Shown here piece by piece: positions 1-13,180 of a stretch of DNA of 40,182 bases. Position numbers and translations under genes: made by a program. Below the pieces are notes generated by a model. The model was not told the origin of the DNA. It saw only the letters and a list, made by a program, of their open reading frames with translations, and did not search any database. This stretch comes from Octopus bimaculoides (lineage: Eukaryota): the NCBI RefSeq assembly GCF_001194135.2, contig NC_068985.1:19885668-19925849 (forward strand). Reading direction: 5' to 3'. Numbering within the stretch: the stretch's first letter is position 1; each line of letters starts with the position of its first letter.

Positions 1-119
1 CTTGAAGGTTGCCTGGTTGAAACTTGATAGATACAAAATAATTGATAGAGATATATATAGTCAAATATAGTAGTCATACTGTTATTACAACTTCTTTTTT
101 CTTATGCTTTGTTCAACAG

Positions 120-290
120 TCTATGACAGTTGTCATTGATCCTGGAGTGGTTAACCAGCCTGGTGTCGGAACAGCTATTTTCAGTGCCTGTGATGATCTT
201 GAAGTTACTTATAAAATTGAATCTCAATTCATGCCTTATGTTGTTTCTTGGAAACGAACTACACTGTGTTATGATACCGAAGATCAAGTG
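120..290 (+). CDS. EME1: EME1 exon (SMTVVIDPG...TEDQV)
   Basis: ttcaacag acceptor, gtaatg donor, 171 nt. Confidence 0.9.
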
Positions 291-1129
291 GTAATGTATA
301 TATATTTTTTCCTTGTGTCTTGGAATTTGTAAGCAGAAACTTTTATCTTGATATTCAAAACAAATTACATTATCTTAATTAAAAAAAAATGAAATAATTT
401 CCTTTACTGTTCATACATTATGTGACTAACGATTGCTTAGAAAAAAAAATTGATGAAAAGTTTGCTTTCCAACTGCATAGTTCCAGGTTCAGTCCCACTG
501 CGTAGCATTTTGGGCAACTGTCTTCTACTATAGCCTTGGGCTGACCAAAGCCTTGTGCATGGATTTGGTGGACGGAAACAGAAAAAAGCCCATCATATGT
601 GTGTGTGTGTTTGTTTTTTGCACCCCCCCCCCACCTTACCATTTGACAACAGGTGTTGGTGTGTTTATGTCCTTGTAACTTAGTGGTTTGGCAAAAAAAA
701 CAGATAAAATAAATACCAGGCTTAAAAGAAAGTATTGGGGTTGATTGATCTGATTAAAGTTCAAGGCGGTACCCCAGTATGGCTACAGTCTAATGACTGA
801 AGCAAGTAAAAGATAAAAAATAATGAATAATGATTGATCTTTCATTTATATAGGCACAGGAGGGGATGTGTGGCAAGTAGCTTGCTTACCAACCACATGG
901 TTCTGGGTTCAGTTCCACTGCGTGGCACCTTGGGCTAGTGTCTTCTACTATAGCCTCAAGCCGACCAAAGCTTTGTGAGTGGATTTGGTAGACGGAAACT
1001 GAATGAAGCCTGTTGCACACACACACACACTATATAATATCCTGGAAACAGCTGTAAGACCTTTTATTTATAAATGTTCTAAAATCTTCACAGCCTTGGT
1101 TTTTTATCTCATTCTGGAAAAAAAAAATT

Positions 1130-1188
<59 letters not shown>

Positions 1189-4100
1189 ATGTTTGTGTGT
1201 CTGTGTTTGTCTCCCCAACATTGCTTGACAACCGATGCTAAGACCGATGGAATAAGTACTGAGCTTACAAAGAATGTCTTGAGACTGATTTGCTCGACTA
1301 AAGGCAGTGCTCCAGCATGGTCACAGTCAAATGACTGAAACAAGTAAAAGAATAAAAGATTATGTTTAAGAAAATTCAAATTAATGAAGTAAACTACCAG
1401 AGAAGTAATCATGGAAAAGTAATGAAAATTAATAAATTAAGTGGCCAGGTGCAGGTATGGCTGTGTATAGGCACATACATAACTGTTTGATTAAGAAGCT
1501 TATTGCCCTACCATGGGACAAATATCTTCTATAGCTCCAGGTTAATGAAAGCCTTATGGGTGGATTCAGTTGACTGAGAAAAGCATGTCAGGTATATACA
1601 TACAAGGGGGTGCTGAGAATCTCAGGTTGTAAGAAGCCACCAAGGAAACTGGCTAACCTTGCCATATGCACCTACAGCTGCAGGTCCTTAGCAAGGGGTG
1701 ACTGGCTTGAATCCCCTGATGGAGGAGAGAAAGATGGACCTGTGCAGTTGTCGTGTGGTACCCGTGCAAATGGAAGAGGCCACTTGGAAGATCTCCAATC
1801 ATGTGGGAAGATGATTTAGGAAAGGTGTTTGGAACAATGTGGAGGAGAATGGCAAGAGCACGAAGGGAATGGAGCAAATACTGTGGCCAGCAGAGCCAAC
1901 TCAGCACCAAACAGCCTGGCTGATCCAGGTGATATTTCTTCCATTTTGTTATGGGGGAAATTAGGTATCAAGTCAAGTTCATTGATTTGGTTGTCATATA
2001 AAACCATTTAAACCCTGAAATCAGAGGTAAGACCTTCAGATTGTTCCCTAACAATCAGTCAGATTACTGTCATCTCATTGGCTTATTTGAACAGAACTAA
2101 GCAACAAAAACAGTTGGTTTTGTTTGAAATTGATCTAGATTCTATCTTCTGTTCTTATTTTCAGTATTAAAAACAGAATTTAAGTCAGCAAACTGGCAAA
2201 GTTGTTAGTACATCGGACAAAATGCTTAGCAGTGTTTTATCCTTCTTTACGTTTTGAGTTCAAATGCTACCTAGGTCAACTTTGCCTGTTATCCTTTTGG
2301 GAGTGAACAAAATAAGCACTAGTTGAATACTGAGGTCGATGTAATCAACTTGGCTCCTCCCCTGAAATTGCTGGCCTTGTGTCAAAATTTGAAATCAATA
2401 TTAGAAACAGAATTTTCCCCTCAAGTGTAATAAATTGATTGAAATATTCTTTGTCCATTCTGTAGAACCTTGTATGGCCCTGCTTGCCTGAGATTCGAAA
2501 CTGAATCTGGAATTCTCCCTAGCCATACGACCTATTGTTTTTTCAAAAAGGAATGCTGATTAAAGCATTTTCCGTTTGACCCTTGATGTTGCTATACTAT
2601 AAAGAGTTTTGGTAAACAAGTGTGACCTATATTAATTTAGCTGTAGTTAAAATGGTACATCCATTTTCCTAACTAGTCTGCACAATTATAAATATTAGCA
2701 TTTTGTAAAGAAAATGCAGTGGGTGAGAACAACTGACAGAGAGCAGGCTGACTGGCTCGAAATACCGTCTCGACAGAACGTCATAGAAGGACAACTATGG
2801 AATCCACCAGTGATACAGTTGTCTTGTCCACCACTAGCTTACCTTTCTCACTCACTTTCATTTCGACAGTATCACTCTGTCTCTCTCTCCACTGCTGCTT
2901 AATTGACGGGGACATGAAAGTCTCATACTATTGACTTTCTAAACTTACCTTCACTCTATCTTCATCTGACCCCTATTTTAGCATCTAGTAGTTAGCAAAC
3001 ACGAAAACAGCAACATTCATACAAGAAACTATAACTCGTGTTGCCTCGTTTGCTTTCCAACTGTTTTTATACATGCCTGCCTGTTGTGGTTTGGCTATAC
3101 ATATTATGTAACGGTAAATAAAATTTGATTATCTACAATTTTGGCCACTGTCCTTCTTTCTTGGAATCAACATCATCATTTTTGCCTTCCAACTTATGCA
3201 TTATCTGTTACAATTCTTATCTTCAGGTCAAAACTTGGAATTTGGACGTTGATGAAAAAGATATTGTGATAATGATACCATTAGACATCTTTACTGAAAT
3301 GTTAGATCACTTTAAAACGGTAAAAAACATTTTCACTTCAGTCCCTTTTTTTTTACATGTAAAATTATGTAAAAATTATCATTGTAAAAACAATTTTGAA
3401 ATGTATCATCAGATGGAAAAAGTTATTGTTTTAAATTTGCATAATCTGATAAAACTTTGTAAATTAGTTTTACTGTGAAGAAAAAGTTTCTCAGTTAAAA
3501 GCCTAGTATAAAGAGAAGTTGTGTAATTGATTGAGTATGAGAGATAGTGTTATAATTTTGACTCTTATTGTGTTCAGTCCATTTGATGGGATAGAACAAA
3601 AGCTGTATGCTAGTTTGCTTATATATTAACACTTTATAGAATTTGATATATTGAATTTAATATGTTGAAATATTTAGATTATGTTGTATGGTTACATTTC
3701 AACTCAAGATTAGCTAGTGTCTGTAAAGGTATTCATTGTTTGATTGCTGAGGTATATTTTTATGTTGATGAACATCATTTAATATGTTTTGTGGAATTAT
3801 AGGAGAAGATTTACTGACACTTTGTTTGGTTAATGTTTTGTTTGTAACTTATACTGTGAATATTGCACTGATGATGTTTAGAAATGAGTTATGATAATGC
3901 AACTTGAAGTGAAGGAACATATCACTTGATGAAGTTGTTTGTAAAGTTTATTGTGGTAGCATGGAAACAATGCTGCTCTACTGACAGCTCAGATGGGCAG
4001 GCCATGTCTCACACATGGACAAATCCAGAATGCCAAAGGGCATTTTCTACAGTGAGTTCAGCCAGAGTAAGACAGACAGAGGAGTCCCTTGGGAGCATTT

Positions 4101-7100
4101 TGTGGATCAGTTGAGGATCAGTTTACCCAGGCAAGAATAGATTGCACGAAGTGGAATGAAGCCATCGCACAGAGGGAGGTGTGAAACTGGAAACAACTTT
4201 AAGAAGGCCAGAGAAACTGTGATGGATGAGAAATGCCAAAGAAGGAAAGACTCATTGTCATGATCTCTATCTGATCAAAGCCTTTATATTTACCTCAAGT
4301 GTGACAGAGCCTGTCATTGAAGGAATGGTTTACATAGCCACTTAAGGACTTGCTTCTCTTCTTCATGAAGTTTGGACACAAAGAACTGCCATCACATTAT
4401 ACTTAAAATGCTTGTCTTTCTGATGTTTAATGTGTGTCAAGAATAGCTTTTGGATGTTGGTCAAAGACTAGAAAAGATGATGTCTTATACTTGATGTTCT
4501 TTCTCTTTGTATTGTCTAAGTTGTACTGCCTGTCTGGCCCTCATGCCGGTGACACGTAAAAGCACCCGCTACACTCTCGGAGTGGTTGGCACTAGGAAGG
4601 GCATCCAACTGTAGAAACTCTGCCAGATCAGATTGGGGCCTGGTGCAGCCATCTGACTCGCCAGTCCTCAGTCAAATCGTCCAACCCATGCCAGCATGGA
4701 AAGCAGACGTTAAACAACGACGATGATGATGGTGATTGTCTGTGACATAAGTAGTTCTTTCATTTATCAATGTTACTACAATATCCTTATATGGTACAAG
4801 GCGGCGATTTGGCAGAGTCATTAGCATGCTGGGTAAAATGCTGAGTGGTATTTCGTCTGTCTTTATGTACTGAGTTCAAATGTTGCTGAGTTTGACTTTG
4901 CTTTTCATCTTTTCAGGGTCGATAAAATGAGTACGAGTTGAACACTGGGGTCGGTGTAATTGACTAGGTCCCTCCCACAAAATTTGAAACCAGTGTCCTT
5001 GTATGGCACTGTGACTAGCTGTACCACTACACTCACTTGTTAGATTTCAGGAAGAAGTCTCAATAGATTAAGGTGAATAAGTATATGTAAATAGTTCAAC
5101 ATTAAGGTTAAAGAAATATAACAAAAAGATGTGATTATACTGGGGGTTTCTTTTGGAAATTTAACTTAATTTTCTCATCTCCTTTCTTTGAAACATTCCA
5201 ATATATTCTTGAAATACAGTTTTATATTTAAGAGATGAGGAATTATGTATAGTACTATCCACTCCAATTATGAAGAAATGAAAGGATGAAACCAATAAAC
5301 GGTCCACAGTCTGTCTACCCTATGTGAAAAGTCTCTCCGAAAAGATACAAAAGATATGCGGCCCATATGGCATCAGGACAGAATCATGAATAATACAACA
5401 CTTCGCAAGTATCTCCTTTGAGTAAAACCATCAATAGAGGAGAATATGACCAAAGACTGCATGTACTCCATCCCATGCAGCTGTGGTAGGTTATACAAAG
5501 GCGAAACATGCCACCCCTTCAAAATAAGAGTAGACGAACATCGCAAAGCTGTAACATGAGGAGATATTGATAAATCGAGTATAGCTGATCATGTATGGAA
5601 AAATGGAGACCACCTCCCCCTGTGGGATGAAGCTAAAATAATGGACAGAGAACACCACTGGAAAATACGAAAACTAAAAGAAGCAGCACATATGCTAGGA
5701 TACAACAACCTCCTAAGCTGACCGAGTGCAGATATGAGTAGCATATGAGAACTGGTATTAAGGAAGGATAGGAAAATATTAAATTTATAAGCCCTAAAAT
5801 TCACTCCATAATTGCCCACGGGCATATGGCATAGTGGTTAAGAGCGTGGGCTACTAACCCCAAGATTCCGAGTTTGATTCCAGGCAGTGACCTGAATAAT
5901 AATAATAATAACAACATCAAAAAAATACCTTCGGAACGAGAACCCAGGTTTGAAATTTCCCAAAGACACCTGATGAAGGCTGGAGGGTATATCAGCCAAA
6001 ACGTGTTAGCGACAAACGAGATGAGGACAAATATCTGTCAAATGTAAATAATGTATTCTTGAAATGTTTTGAAGTTTTTATAGTTAATGTATTTTTTCTT
6101 AATTCAAAACAGAATAGTATGGCTATGAGTAATGTGTCATCATTAGACCAATATGCTGAGAATATCCAGTCTCTCTACCCAGGTTACTCTGTGATGTTAG
6201 CAGTCATTGGATCAGATATTGGAAGCCAGTAAGTTGATAAAGACAGTAACTTTAATATCCAATGATTTTTGCTCTACAAAATGTTAATGTGTTTGGTCTA
6301 CAATGGAACATTGTCTTGTATGATTTATTGTTGCTGTTTAACCCAAAGTCAGCTCTGACTGAGCAGATCTAAGATCAAAGGCAGTTTGCCTTTGGCAATT
6401 CCACCCTTTTTTTTTATATATATTGAGAACTACATTGTTCAATGTGTCATCCCTGTTTAAATATTGTAGGATATGATTTAAGAGTATTTGGCTGCTATTT
6501 CTAGCAAGCCAGATGATCACATAGAAGCTCTCTTTGTCATCATCATCATCCTTTTACATCTGCTTTCCATGCCAGCATGGGTTTAAGCTGTTTAGAGTTA
6601 CTACCTTCGTAGGTAGGTTGAAGTTCCATGCTTTGCTTGTATGTTTCATTTTTTGCATGGCTTTCATAGTTGAATACCCGTTTTTAGTCACTAACCATTT
6701 TATAGAGTGTATTAGATGCATTTTATTGTAGTACCAGCGCATGAGAAGTTGTTATGTCCTCAGCAAAATTAAAAGAGTCCTTTCAGTCCTATCTCAATTC
6801 AATCACTAACCCCTTCACAGAGTGTATTGGAAGTGTTTCATCATAGCACCAACACTAGGGAGGTTGTCATATCTATGACAAGACTAAAGAGTTCTCTTGA
6901 CTTTATATTGTCTCTGCTTGTTTCTAAACTGCTTTACACTGTGTGTTGGGTGAATTCTATCATGACATTGTCTTGTATCTTGTAACACTAAAATAGTCCT
7001 CGCTATTCTGTGATATGTTTGTTTACGTAAGGCAAATAATTGAGAGGCTAGATAGAAGAGAGAGAAGGAGAGAGAGAGAGAGAGAGAGAAAGCGATGATA

Positions 7101-9447
7101 GAAGAATGAAGAAGGAAGGAAATGTGGATGTTAAAACAATGATGATGATGATGGTAATTTGTCTGCCTCCTTTTCAATCCCCACATGCCCTTCTATGACA
7201 AACGCTGGGTTAGGATATGCTTGTGATAAGTTGAAATTTTCTACATTTCATCAGGAGCAAAGGAGAAATCCAATAAAACTATGCTTTGGCGATCCTCCGG
7301 GGAATGGTGCCATGTAAAAAGCATCTGTGCTGGTGCCACATTAAAAGCATCCATGCCAACAACACATAAAATGTACCCATGCCGGATTCATGTAAAAAGT
7401 GTCTGTGTTAGTGCTGTGTATCAAAAGAACTTGTGCTGGCACCATGTAGGAAGCACCTGTGCCGGTGCCCTGTACAGAGCACTCATGCTGGAACCATGTA
7501 AAAAGCACCTGGCCAGCCCCATGTGGAAAAAGCAGCCATGCTGGTGCCATTTAAAAAGCACCCAGTACACTCTGTAAAGTGGGTGGCACCAGGAAGGGCA
7601 CCCAGCTGTAGAAACTATGCCAAAGCAGACATCTGGAGCCTGGTACAGCCCTCTTGCTTGGTAGCACCTGCCAGACCTGTCTGACCCATGCTAGCATAGA
7701 AAAACGGATGTTAAATAATAATGATGATGATGAGGATGATGATGATGATCCTTTGAAATCTTTTATTATTTTTGTTATTTTAAATTATTTACATTCCAAT
7801 CTTTCAAAAAGAAAAACAAACTGAACAAAAAAAAAAAAAGAAAAACTTGAGTTGTCATGTAACTAGATTTTGTACATATTCATACTGATGTATTCTTTTG
7901 ACCAATAATTGCTATCATATCCTTCCTTGTTTCTCATAAACCTGGAGGAAAATGGAGAGCAAGAAAGCAGTGTTATATAAGAGGCATTACCATTGATGTA
8001 CATCAGTTTTTATTTCTTGTATGTAAACTCCACCTCTAATACTATCGAGAAACATGAGTGTAACTGGAAGTTCTAGAAACTGGGAACTGGATACAGGGGA
8101 CATAAAGCCTAGCAGAAGCTATCACTAATTGGTAATTGAGTCAGTGAGGGGGGCAGCTATATGATTACTTAATCTGCTAGAAATAGCAACCAAATCTCCC
8201 TCAAACCACACCCTGCTGTTTTAGAAAACTTTGCAGTTGGGAATGAGCCTAATCTTTGGTAAGTACAGTAACAACTTAGGACATGTTTCCATTTTATTAA
8301 ACCTCCTCAGCAAAGTATAATCTTGTCAGTATTTACTAGACTTTAGAATGAATTTGAGAATACATAGGTTTCTTATAACCATTCTAAGTCCTTGTAAGCA
8401 CTGTTAAGACTTATTCTTCACTTGTAAGCACTGATAAGACTTATTCTTCACTGAGGAAGTCTTAAGACGAAACACATATCCAGAGTTGTTACTTTACCAA
8501 AGACTCACTTCTGGCTACATTTCTTTATTCTGATTTTAATCACTTTGAATTTCTGAGAAAAGAATTGGTACAAATTCAAAATGATAACAAGCATAACTAG
8601 ATAACTAGATATTAAGAGAAATGTTACTGAGATTTGCACAAACTATTACTGTAAGTATGGGTTGATAGTAGTTGTTCATAGTAATATAGTTAATTATGTG
8701 TAAATATAATGTAGAATGGCATGGCTGTGTGATTATGAAATTTGCTTACTAACCATGTGGTCTTGGGTTTAATCTCACTGTATGGCACCTTGGGCAAGTT
8801 TCTTCTTATAACCCTGGGCTAACCAAAGGCTTGTGAGTGGTTTTGGGAGATGGAAACTGGAAGGAGCCCACCATATGTATGTGTGTGTGTGTGTGTACAT
8901 TTTCTTGACCTCATGTGATGGTTGTAAATGATCATCATTGTAATTCAAGCAAAGTTGTTCCATTTCCTTGTCTTCTGTGAGAAACACGTCTGGCCATATG
9001 GAAATATTACTTTGGAAATAGATGTGGGTTGGCAGCAGGAGGGGCGTTAGACTGCTGAAAATCTGCTTCAACAAATTCTGTCCAACTCATGCAAGCATGG
9101 AAAAGTGAATGTTAAATGAAAATGATGCTGAGGTTGGTGAATGATGGGAGAAGAGCTAAGGGAATTAGGATTGAATGAAAAGCTGATTAAGAGTTTGATA
9201 GAACAGACATGATAAACATATAAAGCAGTGTAGGAAAGCTATTAAAAAGTTTTAATGATGTATATAGCAAATTTAATAAAATACTCTATATTTTTTTCTT
9301 TACCAGAGTCAGTAAAAGAAGTGGTTCACATCAGTCTTCTCAGAGAAAAGCGAAAAATGGAATTGATGATCGTCTTTCCATTGAAGAGGTTTGTTAATGA
9401 TTAATTTTCTTATTTCAGTGACAGTGACTGAGAATTTAAGTGGTGCC

Positions 9448-9484
<37 letters not shown>

Positions 9485-12400
9485 CGTGTTTATGTGTTTG
9501 AGTGTACCCTTGTTCTAACATCATGTAATGATAGTTAACAACAGCACCATCATACAAGTGATGTCATTTGACACAAAAAACATGTCTGGCCATGGGAAAT
9601 ATTACCTTGTTTGAAAACAGGTGAGGGTTGGCAACAGGAAAGGCATCTGACTGTAGAAAATCTGCCTCCACAAACTTTGTATGATCCATGCAAGCATGGG
9701 AAAGTGAGTGTTAAATGATGATATTGACAATGATAAAAGGATTTTTAAAAGTGAAATAAGATATATGATCAAAGTGTAAACTTGTTTTATTTTCTGTAGT
9801 GTTTATTTCCAGCTTGTGTGTGTGTGTGTGTGTGGGTGTATGTGTGTATGCAAATATATGTATGTATTTGTATATATGTATATACATACATATTCGTGCC
9901 GGTGGCATGTAAAAGCACCCACTACACGTGTATACACACACACACACACGTGTATACACACACACACACACGTGTATACACACACATACACATGTATACA
10001 CACACACACAGATGTATGTGCGTTTATATATATGTAAGAAAGTCTTCTTATATACTTAAAAAGTCTTCTGACTTTTTAAAACCATTTTAACAATTCTAGT
10101 TAGTGTTCAATAGTTTGTAATCACTATATCGTAATGTCTATTTACCACTGAGATGTTTTAAATTAAGAAAGAGATTGTTAATGTACATGTGCAATGAATC
10201 TTTCTGTTTCTAATGTTAATTTTCCATTGCAGGCATTTTTAACTCTGCAATTAAAGAATTTGTTTAATTGTCAACTTATACAGTCAAGCTCTGGCATTAC
10301 TAATCTCATTAAATCATTTACGAAAGCTGTTGGTGAGAAACCTGGAAAGTAAGACCACTTTTGTTACCTACATTGTCATTATAGTCTTCTGATAATTATA
10401 TATTTTACTAACAGGAGAACTGTGGCTGAGTGATTATAGTACTAGAGATAATTGAATGTGAGTTCAGTAGGCACAGGTGTGGATGCACCTGTTGTGGTAA
10501 CAAATTTGCTTGCCAACCACATGGTCTTGAGTTCATTCACACTGAATGGCACCTTGGGCAAGTGTCTTCAACTATAGTCCCGGGCTGACCAAAACCTTGT
10601 GAGTGGATTGAGAAGACACGTCAAGCTAAATGAAATCATGGAAGGTCATGTAACCCTCTTACACACACACATTCACACCCAATCTGTTCTCTGTCTAAAC
10701 TCCCTCACAACCCATCCTTCCAACATAACTCCATCCCATCATGCATGTACACTACCCACTGGCAGGCCCCCTCCTCTTTCCCTCATGTGCTTACCTGCAT
10801 ACTCTTCATACCCCCACATATCTACCATACCTCACTGCCAGCCACTTCAGTTTCTCACCATCACCTTGACTGCTAAATATACAAACTCTTTTTATTCTCT
10901 CTCTGTTTATTTTCTCATATTCCTTTCTGTTGAAGAGCATAGGCTCGAAATGTAAAAGACTTTCTCACTTTCCCGAGTGTGAAACTAATACACCTGCTTG
11001 TTGTTCATACACCTGTCTTCGTCTTTATTTTTTACTGTAAATTTCAACTATATATATATATATATATATATGCTCCGTTGGGAAGCCAGTATGCTCCGTT
11101 GGATGTGTAATGTCAATGTGAATACCCGTCAGAGTGTAAGTATCTTGAGAGAAAAGCTGAACATTAGAAGCATCAGTTGTGGTGTGCAAGAGAGACGATT
11201 GCACTGGTATGGACATGTGGTGAGAATGGATGAGGATAGCTGCGTGAAAAAGTGCCACACCCTAACAGTTGAGGGAACCCGTNNNNNNNNNNNNNNNNNN
11301 NNNNNNNNNNNNNNNNNNNNNNNNNNNNNNNNNNNNNNNNNNNNNNNNNNNNNNNNNNNNNNNNNNNNNNNNNNNNNNNNNNNNNNNNNNNNNNNNNNNN
11401 NNNNNNNNNNNNNNNNNNNNNNNNNNNNNNNNNNNNNNNNNNNNNNNNNNNNNNNNNNNNNNNNNNNNNNNNNNNNNNNNNNNNNNNNNNNNNNNNNNNN
11501 NNNNNNNNNNNNNNNNNNNNNNNNNNNNNNNNNNNNNNNNNNNNNNNNNNNNNNNNNNNNNNNNNNNNNNNNNNNNNNNNNNNNNNNNNNNNNNNNNNNN
11601 NNNNNNNNNNNNNNNNNNNNNNNNNNNNNNNNNNNNNNNGGCACATAAAAGACACCATCTCGAGCGTGGCCGTTTTCGTGCGGGTGACACGTAAAAGCAC
11701 CCACTACACTCTCTGAGTGGTTGGCGTTAGGAAGGGCATCCAGCTGTAGAAACTCTGCCAAATTAGATTGGAGCCTGGTGTTGCCATCCGGTTTCACCAG
11801 TCCTCAGTCAAATCGTCCAACCCATGCTAGCATGGAAAGCGGACGTTAAACGATGATGATGATGATGATGATATATATATATGCATATATATGCATGTGT
11901 GTGTGTGTTACTGTCACTTTGTCTTGATTTCATGTGATAGTTGTAAACAAATGTCACCATCATGCAGGCAGTGTCCTTCATATCTTTTGAAAAAACATGT
12001 CTTGTCTTGGAGAAATATTACTTTGCTTGGAAATAAATGAGGATTGGTGACAGGAAGGGCATCTGGTTGTAGAAAATCTGCCTCAATGAAACTTCATCCA
12101 ACCCATGCAAGCATGGAAAAGTGGGCATTATAATAAAGATGATGATGATAATGATCTAAGACTTAGTCACTAGAGTTTTGGGTGCAGGTGTGACTGTGTG
12201 ATAAGAAGCTTGCTTCCCAACCACATGGTTCTGGGTTCAGTCCCTCTGCATGGATCCTTGGACAATTGTCTTCTACTGTAGCCTAAGGCTGACCAAAGTC
12301 TTGTGAGTGGATTTGGTAGATGGAAACTGACAGAAGCCCGTCGTATATATACATATATGTGTGTGTGTGTGTATGCCCCCCCCCCACATGACAACAGGTA

Positions 12401-13130
12401 TTCATGTGTTTATGTCCCCATAACTTAGTGGTTAAACAATAGGGACTGATGGACTAAATACCAGGCTTAAAAAACAAAGTACCTAGTAGTACACTCTGTA
12501 AAGTGGTTGATTCATTCGACTATAATTTCTTCCAGGTAATGCCCCAGCATGGCCACAATCTAATGACTGAAAGAAATAAAAGGTATAACGTAAAACAAGA
12601 CAAACACTAATTCTCTTAGAAATAGATTTTATCTTTGACTTCACTACGTCATTGAGATAATTAGTTGTTGCCAACAGCGACAGTATTTTCTATCTTCTAT
12701 TAAAAATCTATATTGTGTGTATGTATATGTTTCACGAGCCCCTAGGCATCAGAACAAAGCAATTAGCAAAATACAGAGAGGGAGAAAACAATAGAGTAAG
12801 AAGCTAACAGAATAGAAGTAAAACCACAGCCAGTAAGAGAGGCGAGGGGAAGAATCACCTGTGTTGTTGTACAGTCACATGACTCTTCAGTAATAGTATA
12901 TAATCAATACATTTCATTGAAATGCAAGCAATGGTTTTTTTCCATCTTCCTAATTCACAAACGATTTTATTTGTTTTTAAAACGTCCAGTTGTGAAGGGA
13001 ATTTACAAAAAAACTAATCTATTGTGCAATGATACACTGTCGTTAATGGTGTTATAAAAATGTTGTAAAAGTAGAAATAAAAAAAAGAGAGAAAAACACT
13101 TGAAATTATTGTTGGGACATTCTATTCATG

Positions 13131-13180
<50 letters not shown>

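Noticed and set aside
2587-3172. Solo LTR (TGTTG...CAACA, AATAAA about 50 bp from the end)
   Set aside because: The flanks (cttga / tcatc) give no TSD and there is no second copy in the window; possible but unsupported.
5820-5892. tRNA gene (also 21085-21140)
   Set aside because: Only the A/B boxes are recognisable; the acceptor and anticodon stems do not close, and both run into repeat bodies.
7305-7562. CRISPR-like array
   Set aside because: Head-to-tail degenerate units with no unique spacers, in a eukaryotic intron, with no cas genes.
9923-10005. Repeated CACGTG E-boxes
   Set aside because: By-product of a (CA)n-derived ~24-bp tandem repeat; no evidence of regulatory function.
10998-11797. 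ORFs of 140-220 aa containing X runs (also 17862-18251, 35737-35934)
   Set aside because: Their length comes from N gaps.
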